Positions 10,025 to 19,245 of a stretch of 64,000 nt of DNA are shown here, piece by piece (position 1 is the stretch's first letter; every line of letters begins with the position of its first letter). The stretch is from Thermodesulfovibrionia bacterium. GTDB taxonomy: Bacteria > Nitrospirota > Thermodesulfovibrionia > UBA6902. The stretch is taken from contig CAVOUK010000011.1 of NCBI GenBank assembly GCA_963699585.1, forward strand, positions 125,231 to 189,230. The letters run 5' to 3'. Position numbers and translations under genes: made by a program. The notes below the pieces were generated by a model, which was given only the letters and a program-made list of their open reading frames with translations, was not told the origin of the DNA and searched no databases.

Positions 10025-10489
10025 TTACAATTTCTTTTTAAATTCACTCAGCCATCTGATATGGCTCTTCTCTTCGTTTATTATCTCGCTTAATACCCCG
10101 TCGTCTCCAATAACATCTTTTAAGCCATAATAGTAAAGCAGGGTTTCTCTCTCAAAGCCAAGTGCGAAATGGACCGCATCCTTCACTGATTTCAGATGCT
10201 CAAGCGCGGGGAGGGATTTATTCTTTCCGAGGAAAAATTCCGACTCAACTATCGCCCTTAAGTATGCTGAGACCTCTTCCGGATTTTCAATATTGCGGTC
10301 TTCCTCTTTATCTCTGAGTTCAATAAATAAATTTTCATGCTGCTGTTCCATTACCGCAAGCGCATCAAACAGGTTTTTCAACTTACTTTCTTTAGTAAAT
10401 TTCTTTGACATACCTGAGTAAAAATCATAACCGAGTTTCTCCGTCTGTACAGCCTGTTCAACAATTTCACGAACTGAGAATTTTTTCAT
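10025..10489 (-). CDS. ferritin-like / rubrerythrin-family diiron protein
   Basis: 154 aa helical protein with E...EQQH / EEKSH diiron-type motifs. Confidence 0.55.
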   Translation of the reverse strand: MKKFSVREIVEQAVQTEKLGYDFYSGMSKKFTKESKLKNLFDALAVMEQQHENLFIELRDKEEDRNIENPEEVSAYLRAIVESEFFLGKNKSLPALEHLKSVKDAVHFALGFERETLLYYYGLKDVIGDDGVLSEIINEEKSHIRWLSEFKKKL

Positions 10490-10503
10490 ATCTTCCTCCT
10501 GAT

Positions 10504-12471
10504 CTATGATTTTACATATTCTTTCTTCTTTAAAAACTTCCTGAGGATTCCGGGGTCAGTAACCGGCTCATGACATGTGTCCCTGAAACACGGGATGATA
10601 CAATCCCTGTCTTCACCGTAAATGATAGTTGTATAAGGGTTGATAAATGAGACAGCAGTCTCAGCCAGTCTGGATGACGGTGAAGCATCAAGCGTAAGCT
10701 TAAGAGAATTAAAGTATGCGTCAAGAGCGCAAAAATAATATCCTGCGTGAATACCGATATCTTTCGCCTTCGTGGAAAAAACTTTCAATGATTTTTCTGC
10801 ATATTTCAGATATTCTTCTTTTTTTGTCATAAAAGAAAGTTTAAGCAGCAGTATTATGCAGAGAGAATTTGCCGAGGGATGCGGAATGTCTTCAATACTT
10901 TTTATCTTCATTCCGAGAAGATGCTCATCTGTATCAATGAAACCGCCTTCATCCTCATCCCACAGGTTTTTTATGCATATCTCCATAATCTCATCTGCTT
11001 TCTGCAGACAGAAAAAATCGCCTGTCACTTCATACGCCGAAATCAGGGCGTCAGCAAGATATAAGTAATCATCTAATACAGCCTTTACTCCTTCAGTGTG
11101 AAAAAGCTGCTTTCCGGTAAAGTGCATTTTCATTACTCTATCAAGACTTTTCAATGCGAATTCTTTCAGTCCGTTGTCCTTTAATACTCTGTAACTCAAA
11201 AGACAGGCTGAAATGAGCATGCCGTTTATTGATGTATATAAGGTCTTATCAATAAATGGCGTCTGCCTTTCATTTCTTGATTTGAGCAATTTTGCTTTTC
11301 CGCGTTTGATCGATCCGGTAATTTCTTTTATATCTTTCCCTGTAGTTTTGGCGATCTCTTCCGCAGTCATAACAGCAAAAAGGACCCTTTTCGACCCGTC
11401 ATGGTGCATCGCCCCTGCCTTATGCATCAGATGAAGGGAGAGTATCCCGTATTCGTCTTCATCGAGTGCTTTCCTGAACTCATCGTCAGTCCATGTGAAA
11501 TATCCTCCTTCATCATCCGGAGTGACATCCGCGTCCTGACTGATATAAAATCCGCCGTCAGGGTCCGAGAGTACATCATTTATAAATTTAATTATTCCCT
11601 GTGCAACTTCCCTGTAAAATTCGTCGCCAAAAACAAAATACGCGCTTATATAATTTCTCAGCAGCCACGCGTTGTCATCCGCCATTTTTTCAAAATGCGG
11701 TATGGTCCAGGACTCATCAGTTGAATACCTGTGGAAGCCTCCGCCGATCTGGTCATAAAATCCGCCCTGTGCCATCGCTGTAAGGGTTTTTCTTATTACG
11801 AGTTCAACAGCATCACTCTGCTTGAGAAAATATCTGTTGATGAGAAATTCCAGCGCCCCCGGCATGGGGAATTTCGGGGCAGTTCCAAAGCCTCCGTTTT
11901 GAGCGTCAAATTGCGAAAGGATGTCCTGAACGGCCTGGTCCAGCAGTGGTTCGTTTATTTCCCCCTGTGCTGCTGGAGAGGTTTTCAATGCACTTATTAA
12001 TTTTTCCGTATATTGAGAGATTTCATCCCGCCTGGTCTTATAAAGCTCAAGGACCGCTCTCAACACTTTTTTAAATCCGGGCCTTCCAAGTTTGTCATCA
12101 GGAGGGAAGTAGGTCCCTCCAAAAAATGGTTTCTTGTCATGGGTCAAAAATACACTGAGAGGCCATCCTCCCCCTGAGCCCATAGCAGCAACCGCCATCT
12201 GATATCTCTTGTCTATATCAGGCCTTTCGTCCCTGTCTATTTTTATGCTTACGAAATTTTCATTGAGAAGCCCTGCTATTTCGTCATCAAAAAAACATTC
12301 CTTTGCCATCACATGACACCAATGACACCATACAGCGCCGGAACTGAGAAATAATGGTTTATTTTCCTTTTCTGCCAGTTGAAAGGCTTCCTCGGACCAT
12401 GGATACCAGTCTATTTTCTGATCGGCAGCATGTTTCAGGTAAGCTGATTTTTCTTTAGATAGCCTGTTCAT
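10504..12471 (-). CDS. thioredoxin-domain protein, DUF255/YyaL family
   Basis: 655 aa; N-terminal 'CHWCHVM' DUF255 signature followed by a long alpha/alpha-toroid-like region. Confidence 0.75.
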   Translation of the reverse strand: MNRLSKEKSAYLKHAADQKIDWYPWSEEAFQLAEKENKPLFLSSGAVWCHWCHVMAKECFFDDEIAGLLNENFVSIKIDRDERPDIDKRYQMAVAAMGSGGGWPLSVFLTHDKKPFFGGTYFPPDDKLGRPGFKKVLRAVLELYKTRRDEISQYTEKLISALKTSPAAQGEINEPLLDQAVQDILSQFDAQNGGFGTAPKFPMPGALEFLINRYFLKQSDAVELVIRKTLTAMAQGGFYDQIGGGFHRYSTDESWTIPHFEKMADDNAWLLRNYISAYFVFGDEFYREVAQGIIKFINDVLSDPDGGFYISQDADVTPDDEGGYFTWTDDEFRKALDEDEYGILSLHLMHKAGAMHHDGSKRVLFAVMTAEEIAKTTGKDIKEITGSIKRGKAKLLKSRNERQTPFIDKTLYTSINGMLISACLLSYRVLKDNGLKEFALKSLDRVMKMHFTGKQLFHTEGVKAVLDDYLYLADALISAYEVTGDFFCLQKADEIMEICIKNLWDEDEGGFIDTDEHLLGMKIKSIEDIPHPSANSLCIILLLKLSFMTKKEEYLKYAEKSLKVFSTKAKDIGIHAGYYFCALDAYFNSLKLTLDASPSSRLAETAVSFINPYTTIIYGEDRDCIIPCFRDTCHEPVTDPGILRKFLKKKEYVKS

Positions 12472-12871
12472 TCATACAAACAACTACTGAATCTTCAGTC
12501 CCGAATTTATTTGGAACATATCTTTCGGCAAACCAGTCATTTTCCCAACGGTTGGAGTCAACAAGATATCTGAATCTGTATTCCCTGTTACAGGCAAGGT
12601 CCAGAGTTAAAGTGAAATCGCCGTTCTTCAGTTTTTTCATCCTGTTTTCAGTCATATTCCAGTTATTAAAATCACCGACGATAGTGACCATCTCAGCGTC
12701 CTTCGCAGCTTCCTTGGGCAGCCTGAATGTGACCTTGCAAATATTGTCTGATTTCAAATACTGTTTTTTCAGACTTTTTGTCTCAGCGGTTGTTTTAGGT
12801 TTAACAGTCAATTTCTTTTTCACAGGCGCAGCAGCAGCGCTGTGTGCCTTTTTCTCGATAGGTTTTTTCAT
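12455..12871 (-). CDS. CBM48 / AMPK-beta glycogen-binding-domain protein
   Basis: 138 aa; Lys/Ala-rich N-terminus then 'VTFRL...VTIVGDFNNW...FTLTLDL...YRFRYLVD' (isoamylase N-domain-like). 17 bp overlap with the upstream gene. Confidence 0.5.
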   Translation of the reverse strand: MKKPIEKKAHSAAAAPVKKKLTVKPKTTAETKSLKKQYLKSDNICKVTFRLPKEAAKDAEMVTIVGDFNNWNMTENRMKKLKNGDFTLTLDLACNREYRFRYLVDSNRWENDWFAERYVPNKFGTEDSVVVCMNEQAI

Positions 12872-12937
12872 TTTACCCCTCCATCCTGCATTTACAGGAT
12901 TTATTGCCTTTAGTTTATTTCTTATTTTATACAGCTG

Positions 12938-13783
12938 TCATATCTGTTTGATAACATTATACTTGCTGTTGAGTAAATTGCCAAGTCTTAAGAGATGTTT
13001 TTTCTCCTCTTCAGCAAGAAGGTCAAATATTTTCTGTGTATCTTTATTTTCCAGTTTATTAAATATTTTCAAATAGAGATCGAGTGAATTGGTCTCAAGC
13101 TGGATGGAAAATTCAAGGATATCAGTGAGATCTCTTTTACTTTCATTCAGCCATTTCATGGCTTCATCCATCGATAAGCCGCCCTCTATTGTGCCGGATA
13201 AATGTTCTTCTCCATATTTGCCGTTTTCAATACCCATTCCTTTAATGTGCATATATTCCTGAACAAGTGTCTCCTTGTGTTTTTCCTCTGCTTTGACCAG
13301 AGAAGCGAACACACCTTTTGATTCCTCATCTGCTACCGCATCTTTCACACTCTCATAAAATCTGCGGGTCCCGTCTTCAAGAGACCACGCCATTGTAATG
13401 AATTCCTCTGTTGTCTTTCTTCCTTCAATTAAGTACATCCCGGACTCATACTGTCCTGTAGCTTTCAGACCGTTCCATGCATCAATTCCGCCTTTAACAC
13501 TGTACACTTTATCAAACCCCTGCCCTTTTAATAACGACGCAGCCGACCTGCTGCGTACCCCTCTTTGTCAATATGTGATTATAGTCCTGGAAGGGTCCAA
13601 TTCCTTCATTTTATCCGGGATGCCTGACATTGGCATCAGGACAGCTCCGGGGAGATGCTCCGCTTCATATTCCTTTGGTTCACGGACATCAAGCAATACT
13701 GCATTTTTATTCTCAGAAAGCAACTGCTTTGCCTCATCAGGGCTTACCGTATCAACTCTGTTAAAAATATCTGTCAGCTTCAT
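12938..13783 (-). CDS. candidate selenoprotein: rhodanese-domain / ferritin-like (rubrerythrin-type) fusion with in-frame UGA (Sec) at 13568-13570
   Basis: ORFs 13568-13783 (rhodanese N-half ending '...TIITY') and 12938-13507 share one frame, separated only by TGA. Read through it gives 'TIITY-U-QRGVRS...VYSVKGGIDAWNG', i.e. TGA at the catalytic-Cys position of the rhodanese CX5R loop. A hairpin lies 11 nt downstream (separate feature). Confidence 0.55.
13530..13560 (-). promoter_or_regulatory. SECIS-like stem-loop downstream of in-frame UGA
   Basis: mRNA: UGA-caaagaggggu-ACGCAGC-AGGUCG-GCUGCGU. 7 bp stem, apical loop with GGU, starting 11 nt after UGA; resembles the E. coli fdhF SECIS upper hairpin (GCAGGUCUGC). 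Confidence 0.5.
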
Positions 13784-13865
13784 TTAACCCTGTTTATTAC
13801 CATAAGTTACTGACAGCATTATCATTGCAATCACCATTACTCTCATTCTCTTCCATTGATTTAAA

Positions 13866-14117
13866 TTATTTTCCTGCAAAGTTCTTTATGAACTCGCTTA
13901 TCTGAAAACCAAGCGGAATACATTTTATCCCGTCCATACATTCGTCGGCGTCTTTTTTCTCAAGATGCGTTACGAGTCTGTGTGAATTTTTCTCAAGTTT
14001 AATATCATATGTTTTCAATTGCCGGTTAAAATCAAGACTGACAGAGATGCCCTGCTGTTCGATCTCAGGATACATCTCCATTATCTTGTCCTTCAATGCA
14101 ACATTCGTATAACCCAT
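13866..14117 (-). CDS. hypothetical small protein (83 aa)
   Basis: Strong RBS AAAGGAGGAG before the ATG; family not recognised. Confidence 0.5.
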   Translation of the reverse strand: MGYTNVALKDKIMEMYPEIEQQGISVSLDFNRQLKTYDIKLEKNSHRLVTHLEKKDADECMDGIKCIPLGFQISEFIKNFAGK

Positions 14118-14132
14118 TTTCTCCTCCTTTGG

Positions 14133-14188
14133 TAGGGGCGAGGCGCTGCCTCGCCATTCTTATTGGGCGACCCATCGGGTCGCCCCTA
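14133..14188. repeat. REP-like compound GC-rich palindrome (TAGGGGCGAGGC-GCT-GCCTCGCC ... GGGCGACCC-ATC-GGGTCGCCCCTA)
   Basis: Two nested hairpins bounded by TAGGGG/CCCCTA, intergenic between 13866-14117 and 14216-14701. Confidence 0.75.
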
Positions 14189-14215
14189 TGAGCTTTTAAA
14201 TCACGCCGACGGTGT

Positions 14216-14701
14216 TCAGCCTTCCACTATGCTGTGCTCATCCCACATGAACCAGTTCCCTGTATCCATTAAAAAATTATATGTATTTTCAAAGATGGCG
14301 TAATGCTGTTCTTCTTCACTGATCAGCTTCTGAAAAAGCGTCTTTTCCTTCTCTGTTTTTGCTTCTGTCATAAGTTTTCTGTAGAATTCGATACCTTCTT
14401 TCTCCATCTGCATGGCAATCTTGAACGCCTCCAGTTCGTCGGCAGTAGCCCGGACTTTCTCCATCATTTTGTCTTTCATAGTCTCAAAAACTGTTTTGAT
14501 GTTATTCATGGGGTGAACATCGTCCATCTGAATTTCGAGTCCCTGCAGAAGCTTGTTGACTATTGCAAGGTGGCGTTTTTCATCTACGACTATGGTCTCG
14601 AACATCTTTTTACCGGCAGGATATTGCGTCCTGCCTGCTGCTTCAGTGTAAAACCTTATAGCGTCCGTCTCCATCTTCCTGGCTATTTCAATTGCATTCA
14701 T
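14216..14701 (-). CDS. rubrerythrin-like diiron protein (no rubredoxin domain)
   Basis: 161 aa; paired 'E..H' ferritin-like motifs (DEKRHLAI, EEEQHYAIFE). Confidence 0.65.
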   Translation of the reverse strand: MNAIEIARKMETDAIRFYTEAAGRTQYPAGKKMFETIVVDEKRHLAIVNKLLQGLEIQMDDVHPMNNIKTVFETMKDKMMEKVRATADELEAFKIAMQMEKEGIEFYRKLMTEAKTEKEKTLFQKLISEEEQHYAIFENTYNFLMDTGNWFMWDEHSIVEG

Positions 14702-14746
14702 TATTAACCCCTTTGTTTTGGGCCAACAGCTGCGCTATTGACTGTT

Positions 14747-15244
14747 TTATTGATATATTTTCACAAGTTTTAATCTTAATTTCTTAAGATACTCAACGTG
14801 CTTAACTTCCTGTTCCATCATTTCCCTGAAAATAACCCTGGCATTCGTGTCGTTCGCATCCTGAGATAATTTATGATAAAGATTGTACGCCTTGCCCTCT
14901 ATCTCCATCGCTAATGTCAGGGCCCCCATTTCGTCCTTAATTGCATATTTTTCAATTTTTGCCTCAAGGTCTTTTACAGGGATCCCTGCTTCTGTAAACG
15001 GGGCTTCTGCTCCGCTGCTGAATTCCTCAAAGCTTTTTATCCCCTGTTCTTCGTTTATTGACTGGTATAAATACTGAATGAAATCCATGTGTTTTTTTTC
15101 CCAGTCCGCGAGCTCCAGAAATATTTTCTTTGCATCACTGCTGCTCGATTTCACGGATGCATCATTATAGAACTCTTTTGTCCCTTTTTCCATGAGAAAT
15201 GCTTCAATAAGCGACTGCAGTAAATTTTCTTTACCGGTGATCAT
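14747..15244 (-). CDS. ferritin-like / rubrerythrin-family protein
   Basis: 165 aa; 'EKKHMDFIQYL', 'EQEVKHVEYLKKL' motifs. Confidence 0.6.
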   Translation of the reverse strand: MITGKENLLQSLIEAFLMEKGTKEFYNDASVKSSSSDAKKIFLELADWEKKHMDFIQYLYQSINEEQGIKSFEEFSSGAEAPFTEAGIPVKDLEAKIEKYAIKDEMGALTLAMEIEGKAYNLYHKLSQDANDTNARVIFREMMEQEVKHVEYLKKLRLKLVKIYQ

Positions 15245-15267
15245 TAATGTTTAATTCTCCTTTCTGA

Positions 15268-15693
15268 TTATTTTCCACCAGTGTCAGCATAAAGGTCATA
15301 TAATGCCTTTCCGATAAAAAAATCTCCCCACGCGATCCCTATATCCGGCAGGGTTGATTTGAGAAACCATTCTCCTGCCGGTACAGCCTTTGCGGTAAAT
15401 TCAGCAATGCTGTAATGGGCCATGAAAACAGTGCCATAGATAACGATCATGCCGTTCAAAAGATACCCGTAAACACATGTTTTTCTCGATGTAAAAAGAG
15501 CTGTAACCGCTACTACATCGATGACAGGAAAAATGAACGAAAGAAATCTTGTGCTGTCAAACCTCACAATTTCAGGATTAATCTTATCATGGACCATGAA
15601 ACCATGAATTCTGTAATGAAGGAGTAATCCGGAAACAGCAAGGAGAAAAAGTGCTGTCAATAGTGCTCTTTTAGCATTCATAATTATGATCAA
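15268..15693 (-). CDS. hypothetical integral membrane protein (TTG start)
   Basis: 141 aa, 4 predicted TM helices; TTG start overlaps the stop of the upstream small ORF (TTGA). Confidence 0.5.
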   Translation of the reverse strand: MIIIMNAKRALLTALFLLAVSGLLLHYRIHGFMVHDKINPEIVRFDSTRFLSFIFPVIDVVAVTALFTSRKTCVYGYLLNGMIVIYGTVFMAHYSIAEFTAKAVPAGEWFLKSTLPDIGIAWGDFFIGKALYDLYADTGGK

Positions 15694-15794
15694 AATACAA
15701 ATTTAGCTATATGCCCCAGATATAAAGTCAGGCTTACCATAATGATATGGAGAATCCACCAGCCAGGCCTGTATCGCATAAAATATTTCAGCAT
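15690..15794 (-). CDS. small hydrophobic peptide (34 aa) MLKYFMRYRPGWWILHIIMVSLTLYLGHIAKFVF
   Basis: Below the ORF-track cutoff. Shares 'RPGWWI(L/I)H...Y.LGH' with the adjacent 39 aa ORF; stop overlaps the start of 15268-15693. Confidence 0.45.
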   Translation of the reverse strand: MLKYFMRYRPGWWILHIIMVSLTLYLGHIAKFVF

Positions 15795-15795
15795 T

Positions 15796-15915
15796 TCAAC
15801 TCCATAGAAAATGTCCGAGTGTATACACCGTTGCTATTCCCAGAAGGTGGATTATCCACCATCCGGGCCTTAGAAAACCTATTCTGTTTCTGTTGAAAAT
15901 TTTTTTTCTCTCCAT
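15796..15915 (-). CDS. small hydrophobic peptide (39 aa) MERKKIFNRNRIGFLRPGWWIIHLLGIATVYTLGHFLWS, paralog of 15690-15794
   Basis: Tandem paralogous small ORFs, TGAAATG junction; conserved RPGWW motif. Confidence 0.45.
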   Translation of the reverse strand: MERKKIFNRNRIGFLRPGWWIIHLLGIATVYTLGHFLWS

Positions 15916-16159
15916 CTAAGTCCTCCCGAAGCCTTCTTATGATTCAACGTTACGAACTTTCTCAGACATATGGCATTAAAAAAAATCAACTTCTAAAAAA
16001 ATATTATCACATACGGTGAGAATGTCAACTGCCGGATCTCTTGACCGGAAAAGAGATTCGAACGCAGCATTAAATAAAAAAAACACATTTATGGAGCATT
16101 AACTCCATAAATGTGTTCATGATGTTTCCTGCCTGTAAGCTCTATTGGTATTTTTCAGC

Positions 16160-16408
16160 CTATTCCAGTATTTCAAGGACACAACGCTTGCCGAGTTTGG
16201 ATCCGGCTGCGCTCAGTATGGTCCTTATTGCTCTTGCTGTATTCCCCTGTTTGCCTATGACTTTCCCGATATCATTTGTAGCAACACGCAGTTCAAAGAC
16301 AACAGTCCGTTCTCCATCAATCTCAGATACTACAACCTCCTCAGGCGAATCTACCAGAGACTTTGCAATTAATTCAACAAGTGTTTTCATATCTACCTCC
16401 ATAAGCAT
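16160..16408 (-). CDS. KH-domain RNA-binding protein (YlqC/UPF0109-like)
   Basis: 82 aa; '[16 protein letters not shown]' KH GXXG motif. Confidence 0.7.
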   Translation of the reverse strand: MLMEVDMKTLVELIAKSLVDSPEEVVVSEIDGERTVVFELRVATNDIGKVIGKQGNTARAIRTILSAAGSKLGKRCVLEILE

Positions 16409-16659
16409 TCGGGCTGCTTCATGCAGGCCCTGTTTAAAAGTTTACTTACAACGTTAGCTGGTTGTGCTCCGCATCCAATTCAGTATTTCTGATATGTGAT
16501 ACATATTATCATAACAGCATAAATATTCAAACAATAATTCATACTGTATATATCGCTGTTGATTTGACCCTGTTGTTTTCTCTGACTGATTTCATCAGAC
16601 TGTTCTGCTCCTGTCTTGACTGTCTATGGCTGAAATATATCTTTAAAATGATTTGAATT

Positions 16660-17601
16660 TTACATTAAAGCTATTAATTTTTTAAAATATTTTATTGTCT
16701 CCTTCAATCCGTCTTCAAGTTTAACTTTAGGCTCCCATTTGAATTTGCTTCTGGCAAGCTTTATATTGGGTTGACGCTGTATGGGGTCATCATACGGCAG
16801 CGGCTTGTAAATTATTTTAGATCTGGACCGGGTCAATTTGATGACCTTTTCAGCAAGCTCAAGTATTGTGAATTCATCCGGATTTCCGAGATTGACCGGA
16901 CCTGTAAAATCATCAGGAGATTTCATGAACCTTATGAACCCCTCGATCAGATCATCCACATAACAGAAACTCCTTGTCTGACTTCCATCGCCGTAGACGG
17001 TAATGGACTCTCCCTGCAAGGCCTGCATAATAAAGTTGCTTACAACACGGCCGTCATTAGGATGCATTTTGGGCCCGTAAGTATTAAATATCCTCGCAAC
17101 CTTTATTTTCAGTTTATGCTGGCGGTAATAATCGAAGAAAAGTGTCTCAGCGCACCTTTTGCCTTCATCGTAGCATGAACGATAACCGATGGGATTTACA
17201 TTGCCCCAGTAAGCTTCCGGTTGCGGATGAATTTTTGGATCACCATAGACCTCTGAGGTTGACGCCTGAAAGATCTTTGCTTTGACCCTCTTTGCAAGTC
17301 CAAGCATATTAATGGCCCCATGGACCGACGTCTTTGTTGTCTGGACCGGGTCAAACTGATAATGGATAGGTGAAGCGGGACAGGCAAGGTTATATATTTC
17401 ATCTACTTCAGCATAAAAAGGGAAACAGATATCATGTCGGATCACTTCAAACCTGGGATTATTGAAAAAATCTGAGATATTTGAACGCCGGCCCGTGTAG
17501 AAATTATCAGCACATATAACTTCCTGCCCTTCTTTAAGCAGTCTGCCGCAAAGATGCGAGCCGAGAAATCCAGCGCCGCCGGTTACCAGTATTCTCTTCA
17601 T
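16660..17601 (-). CDS. NAD-dependent epimerase/dehydratase, UDP-glucuronate decarboxylase (UXS)-like
   Basis: 313 aa; '[14 protein letters not shown]' Rossmann motif and overall UXS/ArnA-like sequence. Confidence 0.8.
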   Translation of the reverse strand: MKRILVTGGAGFLGSHLCGRLLKEGQEVICADNFYTGRRSNISDFFNNPRFEVIRHDICFPFYAEVDEIYNLACPASPIHYQFDPVQTTKTSVHGAINMLGLAKRVKAKIFQASTSEVYGDPKIHPQPEAYWGNVNPIGYRSCYDEGKRCAETLFFDYYRQHKLKIKVARIFNTYGPKMHPNDGRVVSNFIMQALQGESITVYGDGSQTRSFCYVDDLIEGFIRFMKSPDDFTGPVNLGNPDEFTILELAEKVIKLTRSRSKIIYKPLPYDDPIQRQPNIKLARSKFKWEPKVKLEDGLKETIKYFKKLIALM

Positions 17602-17861
17602 ATTGTCTCCCTTTATATTTTAGAAAAAATAAATGATATATTAACATAATCTCATTATTCTGAAAATATATTTTATCCCGTCAGATTTCATAATTACTAA
17701 TTAAAAGGTATAAACTTTCATGTCTTTAATTGAAATTTACCTATAACTCTATTTATCCGTCAATTATTCATTACTCATTCATCATTATTAATTATTTTCA
17801 GTATATTGACGGAGATTTATAAAACGGGTAATATAAACGGATAATTTATCCAATGAAAATT

Positions 17862-17935
17862 TGGGGAGTCGTCCAACGGCAGGACGGCAGCCTCTGGAGC
17901 TGCTTATAGGGGTTCGAATCCTCTCTCCCCAGCCA
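17862..17935 (+). tRNA. tRNA-Gln (anticodon CUG)
   Basis: Cloverleaf: acceptor UGGGGAG/CUCCCCA, D-stem GUCC/GGAC, anticodon stem GCAGC/GCUGC with loop CUCUGGA, T-loop UUCGAAU, encoded CCA. Confidence 0.7.
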
Positions 17936-18040
17936 TATTAAGACTAGTCAGGATTAGAGGCAGTAAGGAGTTAGGAATAAAGAATAATTCTTTTTCTTAA
18001 CTAATTCTTATCCCTTAATCTCCTAATTGCTGTCTTTTCC

Positions 18041-18113
18041 GGTCCCATCGTCTAGAGGCCCAGGACATAGCCCTCTCAAGGCTAAGACACGGGTTCAAAT
18101 CCCGTTGGGACTA
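18041..18113 (+). tRNA. tRNA-Glu (anticodon CUC)
   Basis: Strong similarity to bacterial tRNA-Glu (GUCCCAUCGUCUAGAGGCCCAGGAC...); anticodon loop CUCUCAA; T-loop UUCAAAU. Confidence 0.7.
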
Positions 18114-18174
18114 TTTAAAAGAGCCGGATTAACTGTTAGGGGATAAGGATTAAAAAAAAGGAGAAAAACTAATT

Positions 18175-19236
18175 ATGTCAAAAACGTACAATATTGCAGT
18201 GATAGCGGGTGACGGAACAGGCCCTGAAGTTATTGCAGAAGGTTTGAAGGTACTGAACGCTGCTTCGGGCAAGTTTGGATTCAAACTCAATCTGACAACA
18301 TTCGATTTTGGAGGGGAAAGATATTTAAAGACAGGTGAAACACTGCCTGACGGCGCTATTGATGAACTTAAAAAATTCCATGCTATTTATCTCGGCGCAA
18401 TCGGACATCCCGATGTAAAAGCAGGGATACTTGAGAAAAATATTCTGTTAAGATTGAGGTTTGAACTCGACCAGTATATAAATCTCAGGCCTGTAAAGCT
18501 TTACCCCGGCATTGACTGCCCCTTAAAAGGAAAAGGGCCTGAGCATATAGATTTCGTTGTAGTACGTGAGAATACAGAAGGCCTTTATGCCGGCGCAGGA
18601 GGGGTGCTTAAGAAAGGTACTCCTGATGAGGTGGCTGTTCAGGAATCAATAAATACAAGAAAAGGGGTTGAGCGCTGTATACGCTTTGCCTTTGAATATT
18701 GCAAAAAGAGAAAAAAGATGAACAAACTCACACTCTGCGGAAAGACAAATGTCCTTACCTTTGCATTTGATCTGTGGGAGAGGGCCTTTTATGAAGTTGC
18801 AAAAGAGTATCCGGACATAAAAGCCGATTACGCCCATGTAGATGCGATCACGATGTGGTTTGTGAAAAATCCTGAATGGTTTGACGTGATCGTGACAGAC
18901 AATATGTTCGGCGATATTATCACAGACCTTGGCGCCATGATCCAGGGAGGGATGGGAATTGCCGCAGGAGGGAATATAAATCCGGAGGGCGTTTCCATGT
19001 TCGAACCGATCGGAGGCTCTGCGCCGAAATACAAAGGAAAAAACATGATAAACCCGCTTGCCGCCATCTGCGCAGGAGGCATGATGCTTGAGCATCTCGG
19101 CGAGGAAAAAGCCGGGAGAGCTGTTGAAGACGCTGTAATAAAGGTCACCGGAAAACATCTGAAGAGTCTGGCAGCAGGACAGATGGGTCTTACTACAACA
19201 GAAGTTGGAGACCTTGTCGCAAAATATCTTTCATAA
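18175..19236 (+). CDS. leuB: 3-isopropylmalate / tartrate dehydrogenase family (isocitrate-DH superfamily)
   Basis: 353 aa; 'IAVIAGDGTGPEV' and 'NMFGDIITDLGA' signatures of beta-decarboxylating dehydrogenases. Confidence 0.75.
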   Translation: MSKTYNIAVIAGDGTGPEVIAEGLKVLNAASGKFGFKLNLTTFDFGGERYLKTGETLPDGAIDELKKFHAIYLGAIGHPDVKAGILEKNILLRLRFELDQYINLRPVKLYPGIDCPLKGKGPEHIDFVVVRENTEGLYAGAGGVLKKGTPDEVAVQESINTRKGVERCIRFAFEYCKKRKKMNKLTLCGKTNVLTFAFDLWERAFYEVAKEYPDIKADYAHVDAITMWFVKNPEWFDVIVTDNMFGDIITDLGAMIQGGMGIAAGGNINPEGVSMFEPIGGSAPKYKGKNMINPLAAICAGGMMLEHLGEEKAGRAVEDAVIKVTGKHLKSLAAGQMGLTTTEVGDLVAKYLS

Positions 19237-19245
19237 AATACAGGA

